Source of the DNA: the human T2T-CHM13v2.0 reference genome, Homo sapiens
NCBI RefSeq assembly: GCF_009914755.1
Contig: NC_060926.1
Length of the DNA: 64,000 bases
Reading direction: 5' to 3' (one strand)
The notes under the pieces are model-generated. The model saw nothing but the letters and a program-made list of their open reading frames with translations. It ran no database searches and was not told the DNA's origin. A program made the translations under genes and the position numbers. Below are positions 27,969-41,115 of the stretch, piece by piece. How positions within the stretch are numbered: position 1 is the stretch's first letter; each line of letters begins with the position of its first letter.

Positions 27969-30787
27969 TCAAAGGAGTTGAAGCTTATGAAGTGGGAGCA
28001 AGAAGAATACCTGGACCTCCCAAATGAAAGGTGCTTCTAGTGGGGAGAAAGAAGGATCTGAATGATTTGTCCTAATGGAAGAATGAGAGAGACTGCAGAT
28101 CACTCACTGATGGAATCGGTGGGGCTGCGAGCTCTGAGAGAGACGGAAACGTTGACAGGAAAGCTGAACTAGGAGAATGGAGTGTCTTGAAAAGGCTACC
28201 ACGTTTCTCCCCTTGCCCAGCGTGAGATGACATGTGGGCTATTACCCTCTCCTATCATTTTCTGTCTTTAAGACTCCTAGAAGAGGACACTCAGCCTCAG
28301 AGGATCAACCTTTATGGAGTGTCTGTTACCCAACAGTTTCATCTGCAGAAACAAGGTTCGCTGTGCCCTGAGATACAGCTGTTTACTGAGTGCCCTGTAC
28401 CAGATACCATGCTAGCTGCTGACACATATATATTATTTAATCCTTTTAACCTCTAAAATCTTACAGGTGAAGACACCGAGGCTCAGGGAGGAAGCAAAGC
28501 GCGGAGCAGGGCCAGATCTGTCTGGCTCCTGACCCCACACCACAGCTTTCGACATTGTTTAGTAACAGCCTCTGCATCCTGAGGGTGCTCTCGCTAGGTG
28601 TGACTTGAATCTCTCCTCCCCTCGCCTGCGTTGGATCTGATGGAAGGACTGTGTAAGTAGGTCGGATCTGCTTCTAACCCAGCCTTGAGAGACATCACCT
28701 GTCTTCTTGTGCAGGTAAGTCGCCTTCTAGCTACTGGGGTGGGGAATGTTTGCTTTCTGTTAATGAAAAGAAAGAGGTGATAATAAATAAATGCCCAACC
28801 CAGTGCAGTAATCAGTGTCCCTAACAATAAGGCCCTGTGTTTGGTCTTGGCTGCGGGTTCTATTCATTGGCTAACGTCACTACTCAGGAGCCCCTGGGCA
28901 TGTCAACAGGGTAGGGCCCCAGGCACACTTACAGGTGAGCGGACTGAGCCTTTCTGCTGTAAGCTCCCAGAATTCCTCCTGGGAAGTGAAGTTCCTGCAG
29001 ACCTGCTTCCAGGTGCCCCAGGCCAGAGTGAGGGAGGTGCCTTGGGCTCCCAGGTGCATGGGGCAGTGGAAATGGCACCCTGCGCCTGGCATCAGGAAAT
29101 GGGGGGTCTTGGCCCAGCTCTGCCTCTGGTGCCCTGGGTGATGTGAGGCAAGGCTGTTTCCCTCTCTGAACCACAGTTCCCACATTTGTATAATGGTGGG
29201 GGGTTGCACCAAATACACTCTCAGGTTCCTTCTAGTTCTGACACTACAGGATCCTGTAGACGCAGCTTCTCCCACATCTGCTTTATTCCAGATGCCACAG
29301 CACAGGGGCCCCCAGCTGGTAGGTGGAAGACCTCAGAGCTTCAGCAGCCCAAACTCTTTTTTCTGTGAGCTGCTGGACACGCTTTCCTGCCTCAGCTTCC
29401 CCAGACCCTTCCTTTCTTCCCCACTTGCATGTGTATGAAATTTCCCACTTTGTGAGACATTTTCAGAAACATTATCCCACTGGAGCCTCACCACAACCCT
29501 GTGAGATGGGCAGAGAAAGGAATGTAACACTGTGGGCATCACCCATGTGCCATGCCCCTTCCGGGCTGTTTCAGTGAATCTTCCTATAGCTAGAGAAATC
29601 CTTTTGGGAATAAGGCAGAGTATAAATAAACAGACGGTGGGTGGATAGTTAGATAAATACATACATGTGTAATTCTCACCGTGGCCTGGAAATCTTGGTG
29701 TTGTTATCATCACCACATCACAAGGAAGGAAAGTGAGGCGCAGAGGGGTTCAGTACCTACCCAGGGTCCCCTGGCTATCAGGTAGCAAAACCAAGATTTG
29801 AACCCAGGCCTCTGTGGCCTAAGCTCATGGCCCTTTCTGCTGTGTGCTAAGGACACAATCAACATTCTTTGCTCCAGATGAACTGGGTATATAGAGATGA
29901 AGTGACTTTGTCAAGGTTACCGAAGCTCCAACTGGCAGAGCCAGGAATCAAACCCCCATTTTTTGCCTACAAACGTAAGGCTCTTTCTGGAAACATCACA
30001 GTTGCCTCAAAAGAAAAACCAGTGGAGTCCCTTCCACCTTCCCTCCCTTTCTTCATTCCTCCCTTGCTTCTGTCTTTCCAGGAACATTCCCTCTCCTCTC
30101 ACGTGTCCTGAGCAGGATATCGCATGATCTGCTCCTTGGCGCAGATAACAGAGCCACCACTCCCCAGGCTCTGTGTGTCTTTAGGGGCGTGGGGAGTGTG
30201 GGCCCCAGGCAGCAGCGCACGTGCTCAGTGACCCACAGCAGCTGATCCATGGGGTGTGGGGTGGGTGTGCTGACACCCAGGGGGACACTCATGGGGATTC
30301 TGGCAGCACCTGGTTGCACTCTGCGTGTGTTGTCCTTGGGGTGTCTGGCTGAGTCTGTGCAGGCCTCCCCTGTCCCTCTGAGCATACCCCAGGCAGCTGG
30401 AGTGGCAGGGCCTGCCCACACAATGAAGCTGGACTCTTTCTCTGAAGCACACTTGCCTTCCTGTCACCTGGCCCTGCTACAGAGTCTCCCTACCTCTCTC
30501 CTGAACCATGGCAGAAGACACAAGCTGCCAGCCTCCTCTCTGGGCTCTTCCTGTTGCCTTCCATTCTTTACCCTGCCACCAGAGAGATCAGCTTAAAACC
30601 AGACTTTTCAACTTCAGGCTGCAGCCCATGACATATGCCCCATGGGTCATGGGAAAAAAACATCTCACTCTGGAAAGTAGCAAATTTGTTTGGAAAACTC
30701 TTGCTTAAAGCATAGCCCAGAGCATGTCTTCTCCCCGCTTCTCAAGAAATGATCAATGGAGGAATCCTACTTACTTCAGATCTCTCC

Positions 30788-30789
<2 letters not shown>

Positions 30790-30836
<47 letters not shown>

Positions 30837-30887
30837 TGTGTGTGTGTGTGTCTGTGTGTGTGTGTCTGTGTCTGTGTGTTTGTGTGT
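30790..30887. repeat. (GT)n microsatellite, pure for ~46 bp then interrupted
   Basis: Direct read. Confidence 0.95.
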
Positions 30888-31139
30888 AGGGGGTGGTATT
30901 TTGGAGTGAATTTATTGAAGTCTAAAACATACATAAGGTACACAAATCATGTGCACAGCTCAATGAGTTTGCACAGAGCCAGCAGGCCTGTGCACACATT
31001 ACTCAGCCTAGAAACAGCACTCAGCCAGCACCAGAGGCCCTTGGACCCCTCTCGTCTCTGCCTTCCCCTGACCCTACAAGGCCAACCATGCCCTGACTTC
31101 TACCATCATAGATTCATTTGCCTTAAAAAAATGTATATA

Positions 31140-31435
31140 GGCCAGGCACGTGGCTCATGCTTGTAATTCCAGCACTTTGGGAGGCCGAGGCGGGCGGATC
31201 ACGAGGTCAGGAGTTTGAGACCAGCCTGGCCAACACAGTGAAACTCTGTCTGTACTAAAAATACAAAAATTAGCCAGGCATGGTGGCAGGGGCCTGTAAT
31301 CCCAGCTACTTGGGAGGCTGAGGCAGGAGAATCGCTTGTGAATCCGGGAGGTGGAGGTTGCAGTGAGCCAAGATTGTGCCACTGCACTCCAGCTGGGTGA
31401 CAGAGCTAGACTCCGTCTCAAAAAAAAAAAAAAAA
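31140..31435 (+). mobile_element. Alu SINE (AluS-like) inserted in an old minus-strand L1M 3' end (~30900-31500)
   Basis: Dimeric Alu; flanks aaaaatgtatata / aaaaagtatata. Confidence 0.92.
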
Positions 31436-32717
31436 GTATATAATGGAACAATATGTATTATCTTGTGTCTGGCTTATTTTGTTAACTATTCTATTTGCTA
31501 ACCAGCTATGCACATGCATGTAGCATATACACATACCCACATAGATATACACCCATATATGTATGTACATATACATGTGTGTAATATATACATTTGTGTA
31601 TATATGAATACCACATATGTGTGAAAAAATAATGTATATAAAATTTGTCCCCACATTTTGCTGAAATATTTAAAATAAAAAATCCAAACATTATGTCATT
31701 TCATCCTATATTCTTCAGTATGCATCTCTAAACAATATGGACATTATCTTACACAGCACAGTGAATGGTATTATCCCACCTAACAGAATTAAAACAATTC
31801 CTGGTCATCATCTAATATCCAGTTCACATTAAAAATTCCCAGTCTGTGAATTTATAGAAGTGCACAGATACAGGTGAGGCTGTGATCCCCACCACTGTTC
31901 CTGCCTTCTTTCCTGGCTCCTCAAGTCAGTGTCCATCAGCACTGCCTTTGGAATTCAATCCCAACTCTCCCAGGGTCTTCTGCAGTAGTCCCAAGTCTGG
32001 CACAAAACTCACAGAATGTTAAACTCAGCTAATTCAGACTCTCATTTGGTTTCTGAGTCCCTTTTAACAGCATCCACCATACAGACACAGCCTCTTTTTG
32101 AACATTTGCCCCAAACAGGTAGCACCATCTTCCTTAGTCAGGGGTCAGGTCTACTTCCTCCATTTGCGAGCGTCCATTTTTAGTCGTAGTCTTGTCCTCT
32201 GGGGTCACTCCAAATAAGCCTAGTTTCTTTTCCATGGGGAATATCTTCAGATATTTGGAGATACTTCAGATACCTCAGAACCATCCTTTCCCCACCCCGC
32301 CCCAGCCTCAGACTGTACGTTTTAGACCTTTCCTCTGGTCCCAGGCAATCCCATCAATTTACACTTGCCCCTGCATGCCCATACTTCCCTGAACCTGGGC
32401 CCTTCCTCATGCTGTCTGCCCTGTAGCTTCCCTGCCTTCACCTGCCAACATCCTATCAGACTTCTGAGGCCAATTTCACTGCTACCACCTTCGTGAGAAC
32501 TTTTCTGATGTGTTCCATCCAATATAGAAAATTCTCACCCTTTGCATTAACCAGAGAACCCGGGTAGCTGCCTTGTGCTGTCAATTGTGTTCTGACTTGT
32601 TTTAAAGTTATTTGAGAATCTTTGTAATCCCTCACCAGCTTCCAAGTTCTTTGAAGACTGATCCTTTCTTACCTGCATTTGTTTTTCTGGAAATGTCTTG
32701 AAAAGCTTAGGTGCTCG

Positions 32718-33056
<339 letters not shown>

Positions 33057-33059
33057 TCA

Positions 33060-33560
33060 CTAGCACATTTGGACCTTTTTGGTTGTAAGTGACAGATATC
33101 CAATTCAAATTGGCTTCAACACAAAAGGGATAATTTCTGTGTAACAGGAAAGTCCAGGGAGATAACCAGTGGAAGTATAATGGGGTTTAGGCCATCAAAC
33201 AATGTCATCAGGAACTTGCTGTTCTCCACTGCTCAGCTTTGCAGCCCTCTAGGTTGGCTTTCTTCCTGGTAGTCCGTCTTCAAGGAGTAGTAAAGACTGT
33301 AGTGTCTCAGTTGAAAAACGAGTGCTTCTCTAAGAGTTTGAGCCACAGTCTCAAATGTGACTCTCAGAAGCCAGTCTTGGGTCATTGCTACAATCCTGAA
33401 CCTATCACTAACTGTAGCCAGGGAAGTGAGATATTCTGTTTGGTCAGGACTGGATCGTGTGTCCATGTGTTCACCTCAAGAGCTCAAGGGTAGGGTCACC
33501 CATGGCACATGAAATGAGGAAGTGGAGGTTCTCCAAAGGAAAATTGGGGTGCTCTTACCA
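33060..33560 (-). mobile_element. Old MLT1-type LTR fragment
   Basis: gttgtaagtgacagatatccaattcaaattggctt..ggaaagtccaggga resembles the MLT1J/K reverse end. Confidence 0.5.
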
Positions 33561-35399
33561 GAAGAAGACTTGTTCATTAACACTATTTGTACCAAGACTC
33601 TGGGGCCAGAATACCTGCAGTGAAATCTCAGCTCTGTTGCTTTTCAGCTCTGGAAACTTGGGCAAGTTGACCTCTTCTGATGTCAGTTTTCCCCATCATC
33701 GAATGGGGATAATAATTGTAGCTACCTCATAGGGGTGTTGTGAATATTAACTGAATTAATGCACTATATATGATCCAATTAAAATACTGTCTGGTACCAG
33801 GTAAGCCCAATTAGAGGTTTTTATAGGTGTACCCACAGTTATTGCCTCATGCCCCCAATATTTTGTGTGTTACTCTTTATTCTTCTTGGCTGGATTGGAA
33901 GTTGCCTGAGGGCAGTGCCCATCTAGGCTTCCAGCTTCTCTTATACCCTTGAGGACAGGCTGATAGTGGCTGTGAGACCATGGCTGTGAGACCCTGGCAG
34001 CATCCTGGGCCCCCCACCACATCAGAAGTAGATAAGCCTGCCTGAGCCTCCTGGTCTGGGCCTGGAGCAAGCGGGACTCCCAATAGCCCCTTCCCCCTTG
34101 CTTTCCCAGATCCTCAGAACAGGAAGGTGGCAGAATCGTGTTTCAAAGTGGGACTTGAAGATGCTTGGCAGGAGACTCGTCCAGATGGAGGGGCAGTGGG
34201 GAAAAGCTTTATTGCCTTTAGGACTTCTGTGTCTCCCTTGCCTTACAACGTACCCAACATTCAATCCAGTGTCCTGGTGGTGGCAGATGTGGAAGCCGAG
34301 TCTGGAGATGTCAAGGGGCTTGGCCCAGGTCACACAGCCCGCCATAGTAGGGCTGCCCTTGGAGCTTCATTTCCCAACTGGAAGCCAAACCCTGTGCCGC
34401 CTCTGCTTGTGCAGATCCTAGAACCAGAGAAGAAGCGGGGCAAGTTGTCCTGTTTCTCTTCTCCCAACCTGACAAACATTCCTACCAGGGGTGACTTCTG
34501 TTCTGACTCATAAAGATATTTCTGAATAATAGCACTGGTCACTTTATCTCTGGAATGTATCCGGCTTTTAAAAAAACAAAAAACCAAAAAACTGGTGGCA
34601 GGGAAGTACCCTCTTCCTGCCCGCCCCCTCCCCCACCCCCACCAGGGCACTGATTCCACTCAGTCTCCTAGGGGCCTCGTGGGGGTGGCCAGAAAGGCCT
34701 CATTTGCATATGCTTTCTCACAAGTCTTGCCTACACTTCAATGTAACTCTAAATGTGTTCTAAGGAAATAAAAAGGTTTTGTTGTCATTGTTTGCTTCTT
34801 GTTTTTTATTAAATTGAGGGTAACATACATAAAGTAAAATGAAGAAAATGCTGTAATCCTAAGGGCAGAGCCTGTGGATGAACTTTAACATACCCACAGA
34901 TGTGTAATACCCCACTCAGATAGAGATTGTTGTTTTAAAACTATGATTATGATTGCCTCTAGAGTGATATTTCTTGTCTTCATTTCTTCTCCATTGGCAT
35001 ATAGCCCATTCATGAAATGGGAATCATGTTGGGTGAAGGCTTATGTGTCACATCTGAGAAGACTTTAGCTGGGAGGGTTGCTCTTGGAATTTCAAGGAGG
35101 TTGTGTAAAGCCACAGGAGAGAAAGTCATACTTGCTTCTTCCCCAGGTGTGGATCCCTGTTCATCAGTGGGTATAGCCTTTTCTCTGCTCCACACCTGAG
35201 AGATACAATACATGCCTCAGTGGCTCGTGTATCATTGTGAGTGGCTTCGTGTATCAGTAAAGAGGGGAGATGTGGTTTGAAAAAGCTGTTCAGGCTATTC
35301 CATTGTTCACTTCCACAGTAGGTGAGGTGTAAGGCTCACTGATTTACCTTATTTCCTTCATTCTGAAACACGATCCCTCGTTAGATCCCTCATGTGCTT

Positions 35400-35873
35400 A
35401 ATGGGATCTATACTGGTTATTCCCCATTTGCTGAGTGCCCCACTAGATGCGCTCTCTACCCTTCTTTGCCATTCTCTGTGCCCTGGGAGGCCAACCTTAG
35501 TGGACTACATTGATCAGCAGCCCCCTGCCATTTGGCCAGAGAAGGAGGTAGGAGGTGGGAGAGATGGTCTGGTATTTCTTGACCCCAACTCCTCCCTCCC
35601 TTTCAGCAGGCTATCTCTGGCAGTGGCTCCTTCCCTCTACCTGCTGGATGGCCCCTCTTTCATGGTCCCAAGCTCACTAGGCTCCAATAACATGATTGCC
35701 TCCTCTTTTCAACCCTAGGGATGGTCATCATTTCCTGCTGTTACTAGGCTCTAGGTGCCTCAAGTTCCCTCTTAACTCTGCCCATACCTCTATAAGGAAT
35801 TTCTCCATTAAAGCATCATCCTTTGAACCATCTGGGTTAAAGTCTGTTTCCTGATGGACCCATGACTGATTCA
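35400..35873 (+). mobile_element. ERVL-type solo LTR (LTR16/LTR33-like)
   Basis: Ends ctgtttcctgatggacccatgactgattca with an ATTAAA upstream; family assigned from recall. Confidence 0.5.
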
Positions 35874-36004
35874 CAGGTCTTTGGACAAAAACGGCAACAC
35901 TTGCATATTCAATAGTCATCGATTATAAGATACATCTGGCTTTCAGAAATGTTACAATATCATCAAAAAGTATGGCTTACTATAAAGAAATGATGGCAGG
36001 TTCA

Positions 36005-36394
<390 letters not shown>

Positions 36395-39300
36395 CTAAAC
36401 TTACAAGGTTGGAAGCATGGCAAACAGCAAAGCGCTGGGTTTAAAGTCAGGTGAGATGGCTTTGAACTCAGGCTCTGACACTTACAGCTGGAAAATTTTG
36501 AGTAGGCTGCTGTGACACTCTGCACCTCGGCCTCCTTTCTGGCAATCCAGAGTCACTCTGCTGTCTATATCCCTTTCAGAGATGTCATGTGTAAGGACAA
36601 ATGAGGCGATGTGTGTGAAAGGGCTTCATGTATCCGGTGCTGAGATGTGTGGGCCAGCACAGCTCTGAGGGGGCAGCTATTCTGGGATTCCTCATCTCTC
36701 AGGGGCCAAACACTGGCCAGGATGGACAAACAAGGAGACCGGCAAAAGTAAGGCAAGAGAGGTCTCAGAGACCCAGAGAGGCAATGAGAAGACAGCTCAC
36801 CTACCCTTTTCTTCCCAGCTCATCTACCCTTTTCTTCCCACCCCAGCTTCCCTCTTCCCCTTCCCTTCCCTCACTTGACATGGCCTCTTCTCTAAGCTGA
36901 GGGATGCCGCTGAGGCTATTTGTTCAGTGGAGAATTAAGGCGCACCTCTAAGTGTAGGATAAAGTCATGCACCAGATAAAGACCATGCCTTTCAAGACCA
37001 GTAAGAGAGAGACAAAGACATTCCAACAGGAGGCAGGTCATGCCATGTCCTGGGGAAAAAGAAGAGCCTGGTGTCGGAGAATCTCAGCTGCACTCCTAAC
37101 AGATCACTAACTCACTAACCAGTTCCCCTGGACAAGTTATTCAATCTCACTGTCTTCTTCTGCAACCAGGGAATAATACCCACCTCCAGCGTTTGCTGTG
37201 AGAATTTCACAGAACAAGCCCTGTATTCAGCATGGTGCCTGGCTCTGATTTTAGCACTCAATAAAGGGTCACCTCTATTTTTAGCATTCCAGGGAGCCAG
37301 AGGACCCTTTCTAACTGGATGATTCTGGAATGATTTCCCAAGGAGAGGGCACTTGGAGACTGAATTCTCTGTATGGCAGGCACAGTTCGCTGAGGCACTC
37401 GCTCAACCGGGGGAGGTCAGTCCCGCAGCAGCACCAGGGCACAGCGCTGTGTGTCCGGCGCTGGGGGGACTGAAAGGGGGTGAGCGGGCTGCGGAACGCA
37501 AGCCTCCCGGCGGGCAGAGGGAGCCAGCACGAGTTCTGGAGTAGGAGAGGGCCGGGATCAAAGCGCTCTGAGGCAGGCCAGGGCGCACCAAAGGGAGGCT
37601 AGTGAATTGCATCAGCACAGATTCCGTGATGCTCTGCAGACGTCTCCAGGCTGCTGGGCTTTACGGGAACCCACAAGAAAGGAAAGGACCGGGGAGCTGG
37701 CAGGGCGAGGGCGGGCGAGGGCGCGAGGGTGCGCTCGCCCGCGCGCTCCCGGCGGCGCCTGGCCGGGGCTGGGCGCGCCCGGGACTGCGGAGGCCGCGGA
37801 GGAAGCTCCCGCTCCCCTTCCCCCGCCTCTTTCCCCCCGCGTTACTGGAAGGACTGTGTGGGAGAGACCCAGAAGCACCCGGATTTTCGACCGCCAGGTG
37901 GGGGAGGGCGGGGCAGCCTCTACTGCTCAAAGGAAAACCAAAAGTGCGTCTGTTCGCGCCGCTCCGACACGCGGTTGCTACTGGGAGGGCTCAGGCAGGG
38001 CGCTTTGGCCGCGCCTCCCTTTGCAGCCCCCAAGACTTGGCTAGGGCGGCCTGAGGCCCGCGTGGCGCGGGGAGGGGCTGAGAACCGAGTGGGAAAATGT
38101 CACGATTTCTTCTGTGCCCCTCCCGTCCCTACCCCCACCCCCAGTTTTCTGAGTTTTGCTGCTGCCGCTGGGGAAGGACTGATTCGTTTTGCGTCAAAGG
38201 ACTGCATTTACTCAGTCCTGCTGGGAGAGGCGCGTAAACACCCAGGCAAGCCAGGACGCAGGGATGGGGAGGGGGAAGAAAAAAGCAAAGCACCCACGGC
38301 CGGCGCGCGCGTCCGCCTGCCCCACACCCCTCTCCTGGGCCTGCGGAGTTGGGGACTCTGTCCAGCGGGCAGCAGCGGAGGTGCGAGGAGTCTGGCTGGC
38401 CTCGCCTCGTCGCGCACGCGCGCGCGTCCTTGGGGATAGCGTTCAGGACAGAATGTGTTTTATAGCTGTAAACAATGACCCCGAGTATTGTTTGGGATTA
38501 CCGTATCTTGGGGCCCTTGGGGCGGCCAGATGCCGCCAGCCGTCCCGGAAATGCCAGCGCTTTATATAGAGCCCCAGGAAAGCTTCGCGTTCCCGGCTCT
38601 ATTTTTCTCTGCTACCAACACCCCCACTTTGCAGATAAGGAAACTGAGGACAGAAGTTGTGTGACGGTGCACAGCGAGTTGTCAGCAATGGACTCTCAAC
38701 ACCTCTTAACATTGGGTCCTCATAAGGACCCTGTGGGGTACAGATGGCTGGCGCTACTTAAGAATTGGGTAAACTGAGGCTAACACAGACCCTGGACCAA
38801 AACCTAAGTTCCCTGACTTCCGCCACAGTACTTCTCCATTCACACACACCATCATCTCAGCGGAAGGATTGGAGCTCCAGAGCAGAGAAGGGCCTAAGGT
38901 CATGTCTCCAAACTCCTTCACTTTATAGGAGGAAACTGAGGCCCAGAGAGGTTAAGGAATTCGTCCAAGATCTCACAGCTCGTAAATAGCGTAGCCGGGC
39001 GTTCCTGCTCTAAGGTCTGTGCTCTGTACCCTGCGCCGCGCCCCTCCCAGCCCCGCCCAGCGAGGGAGGAGGACCCAAATGTCCGGCAACCCGCGCCCTG
39101 AACTTCGCTCCAAAACAGCTGAAGACGACAACGTTGGGGCACACCCTCTCGCTGGCTTTTTTTTTTTTTTTTTTTTAATTCGTAACAGTCTGGAGTTTGC
39201 TTATAAACGCCCGATTACTTTTATTAGATGCGTCCTAATTGCCCGGCGTATAGGGCGGCCGGAATGTCTTGACTGGTTAATTTCATCTTCAAGGCTACTC

Positions 39301-39729
39301 CTAACGAATTAACTGTAGGACCGAAAACATGAAAAACAAAAAACAAAAAGGGAACCGGTAGGCAGACCGCCACGGAGGGAAAAATAGGCAGGCCAGCCCC
39401 GCCCGGCGCCGTGCCCCGCCAACACCCGGCCGCAGGGCGGCGCGGGCACCCTGCGCGCCCGGGGCGCCCGCTGCACTCGGCGGCGCCGCGGAGGGCGCCT
39501 ACGACCGCGCGCAGCCGCGCCCTCCCTGCGAGCGGCTCTGCGCGCCCGGCTCCCGGCCTCCCGGTGGCGCCGCACCGAACCGCCCGTCTCGCCGTCAGGG
39601 CTGTGATTATTTTCTAAAATCCGGAGGCGAGACCCGCGCGGCCGCTCTCGGGGCCCCGCCCCGAGCCCCTTCCCAGGGCGGGGGAGAGGCCGCAGCGCAC
39701 TCGGGAGCGGGCGAGGGAATCCCTCTCCC

Positions 39730-40161
39730 TCCACGTCACCCGAAAGCGAGGAAACCCGCACTCGCGTCCTCTAACGCAAATGACCATCTTTGGCAACGTG
39801 CGCCAATGGAACAGACCAAGGGCGCTGGGCCCGGGGGGTGAGCGGGGGACTGGGGAGGGCCGGGGCTGCCTCGGCGCCTCCGAACCGTGCGTGGCGCCCG
39901 CTCCCGCCCGTGCCACCGCCTGGCTTCCTCGCGCGGGGTGCGCGGTTGGCGTCAGCGCGGCCGGGAGCCGGGGCTGGGAGGGGAGAGCTGCGCCCGCCTC
40001 CTCCCCTCCCGCGCCTCTTCCTCCTCCGCGGCCTCCTCCCCCCGCCTCCTCGTGCGCTCCTCCCTGCAAGGTGGAGTCTGGGGTTGACGTGAGTGAATCC
40101 ACATGGTACAGGGCTGGAGAATAAAGAGTGTGAGTTGAACTCGTGCCATTGTAGTGACTCA
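39730..40161 (+). promoter_or_regulatory. FOSL2 proximal promoter with immediate-early-type elements
   Basis: CRE-like CACGTCA 39732-38; CArG-like CCATCTTTGG 39784-93; CCAAT 39803-07; CGTCA 39950-54; TGACGTGA 40085-92; AATAAA 40120-25; AP-1 TGACTCA 40155-61. Confidence 0.75.
40103..40129 (+). CDS. FOSL2: Candidate alternative first coding micro-exon (MVQGWRIKS) splicing in frame to exon 2
   Basis: ATG GTA CAG GGC TGG AGA ATA AAG AGT followed by GTGAGT donor at 40130 in phase 0; agrees with my unverified recollection of an annotated FRA-2 isoform N-terminus. Confidence 0.6.
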
Positions 40162-41013
40162 TCTCGGGCAGAGCGCTAGGGCTCCGAGCGAACCAGCGAG
40201 CGAGCGAACGAGCGGCGCTCGGCGGGGACAGAAAGAGGGAGAGAGAGAGAGAGAGAGAGGGAGAGGCGCGGCCGGGCGAGGCGGGCCCGTCCGGGAGCGG
40301 GCTCCGGGGAAGGGGTGCGGGTCTGGGCGCCGGAGCGGGGAGCGGGGCCGCGTCCCTCTCAGCGCCAGCTCTACTTGAGCCCCACGAGCCGCTGTCCCCC
40401 TGGCGCGCTCGGGGCCGCGGGACGGGCGCACGCCGCCTTCTCCTAGTCAAGTATCCGAGCCGCCCCGAAACTCGGGCGGCGAGTCGGCCACGGGAAGTTT
40501 ATTCTCCGGCTCCTTTTCTAAAAGGAAGAAACAGAAGTTTCTCCCAGCGGACAGCTTTTCTTTCCGCCTTTTTGGCCCTGTCTGAAATCGGGGGTCCCCA
40601 GGGCTGGCAGGCCAGGCTCGCTGGGCTCCTAATCTTTTTTTTAATTTCCAATTTTTGATTGGGCCGTGGGTCCCCGCTGAGCTCCGGCTGCGCGCGGGGG
40701 CGGGAGGGCGCGCGCAGGGGAGGGACCGAGAGACGCGCCGACTTTTTAGAGGGAGGGATCGGGTGGACAACTGGTCCCGCGGCGCTCGCAGAGCCGGAAA
40801 GAAGTGCTGTAAGGGACGCTCGGGGGACGCTGTTCCTGAGGTGTCGCCGCCTCCCTGTCCTCGCCCTCCGCGGTGGGGGAGAAACCCAGGAGCGAAGCCC
40901 AGAGCCCGCGGCGCGGCCGGCGGACGAACGAGCGCGCAGCAGCCGGTGCGCGGCCGCGGCGAGGGCGGGGGAAGAAAAACACCCTGTTTCCTCTCCGGCC
41001 CCCACCGCGGATC
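40151..41013 (+). other. FOSL2: FOSL2 5'UTR (exon 1 non-coding part; TSS approximate)
   Basis: Begins ~30 nt after a TATA-like AATAAA (40120-25); GC-rich; no ATG found by eye; start position is inferred. Confidence 0.65.
40232..40265 (+). repeat. (GA)n purine tract in the FOSL2 5' leader
   Basis: Direct read; pure (GA)10 at 40239-58. Confidence 0.9.
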
Positions 41014-41115
41014 ATGTACCAGGATTATCCCGGGAACTTTGACACCTCGTCCCGGGGCAGCAGCGGCTCTCCTGCGCACGCCGAGTCCTACTCCAGCGGC
41101 GGCGGCGGCCAGCAG
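41014..41115 (+). CDS. FOSL2: FOSL2 coding exon 1 (aa 1-34, [34 protein letters not shown])
   Basis: ATG at 41014 with A at -3; recognisable FRA-2 N-terminus; 102 nt ending CAG|GTAGGT donor at 41116. Confidence 0.98.
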
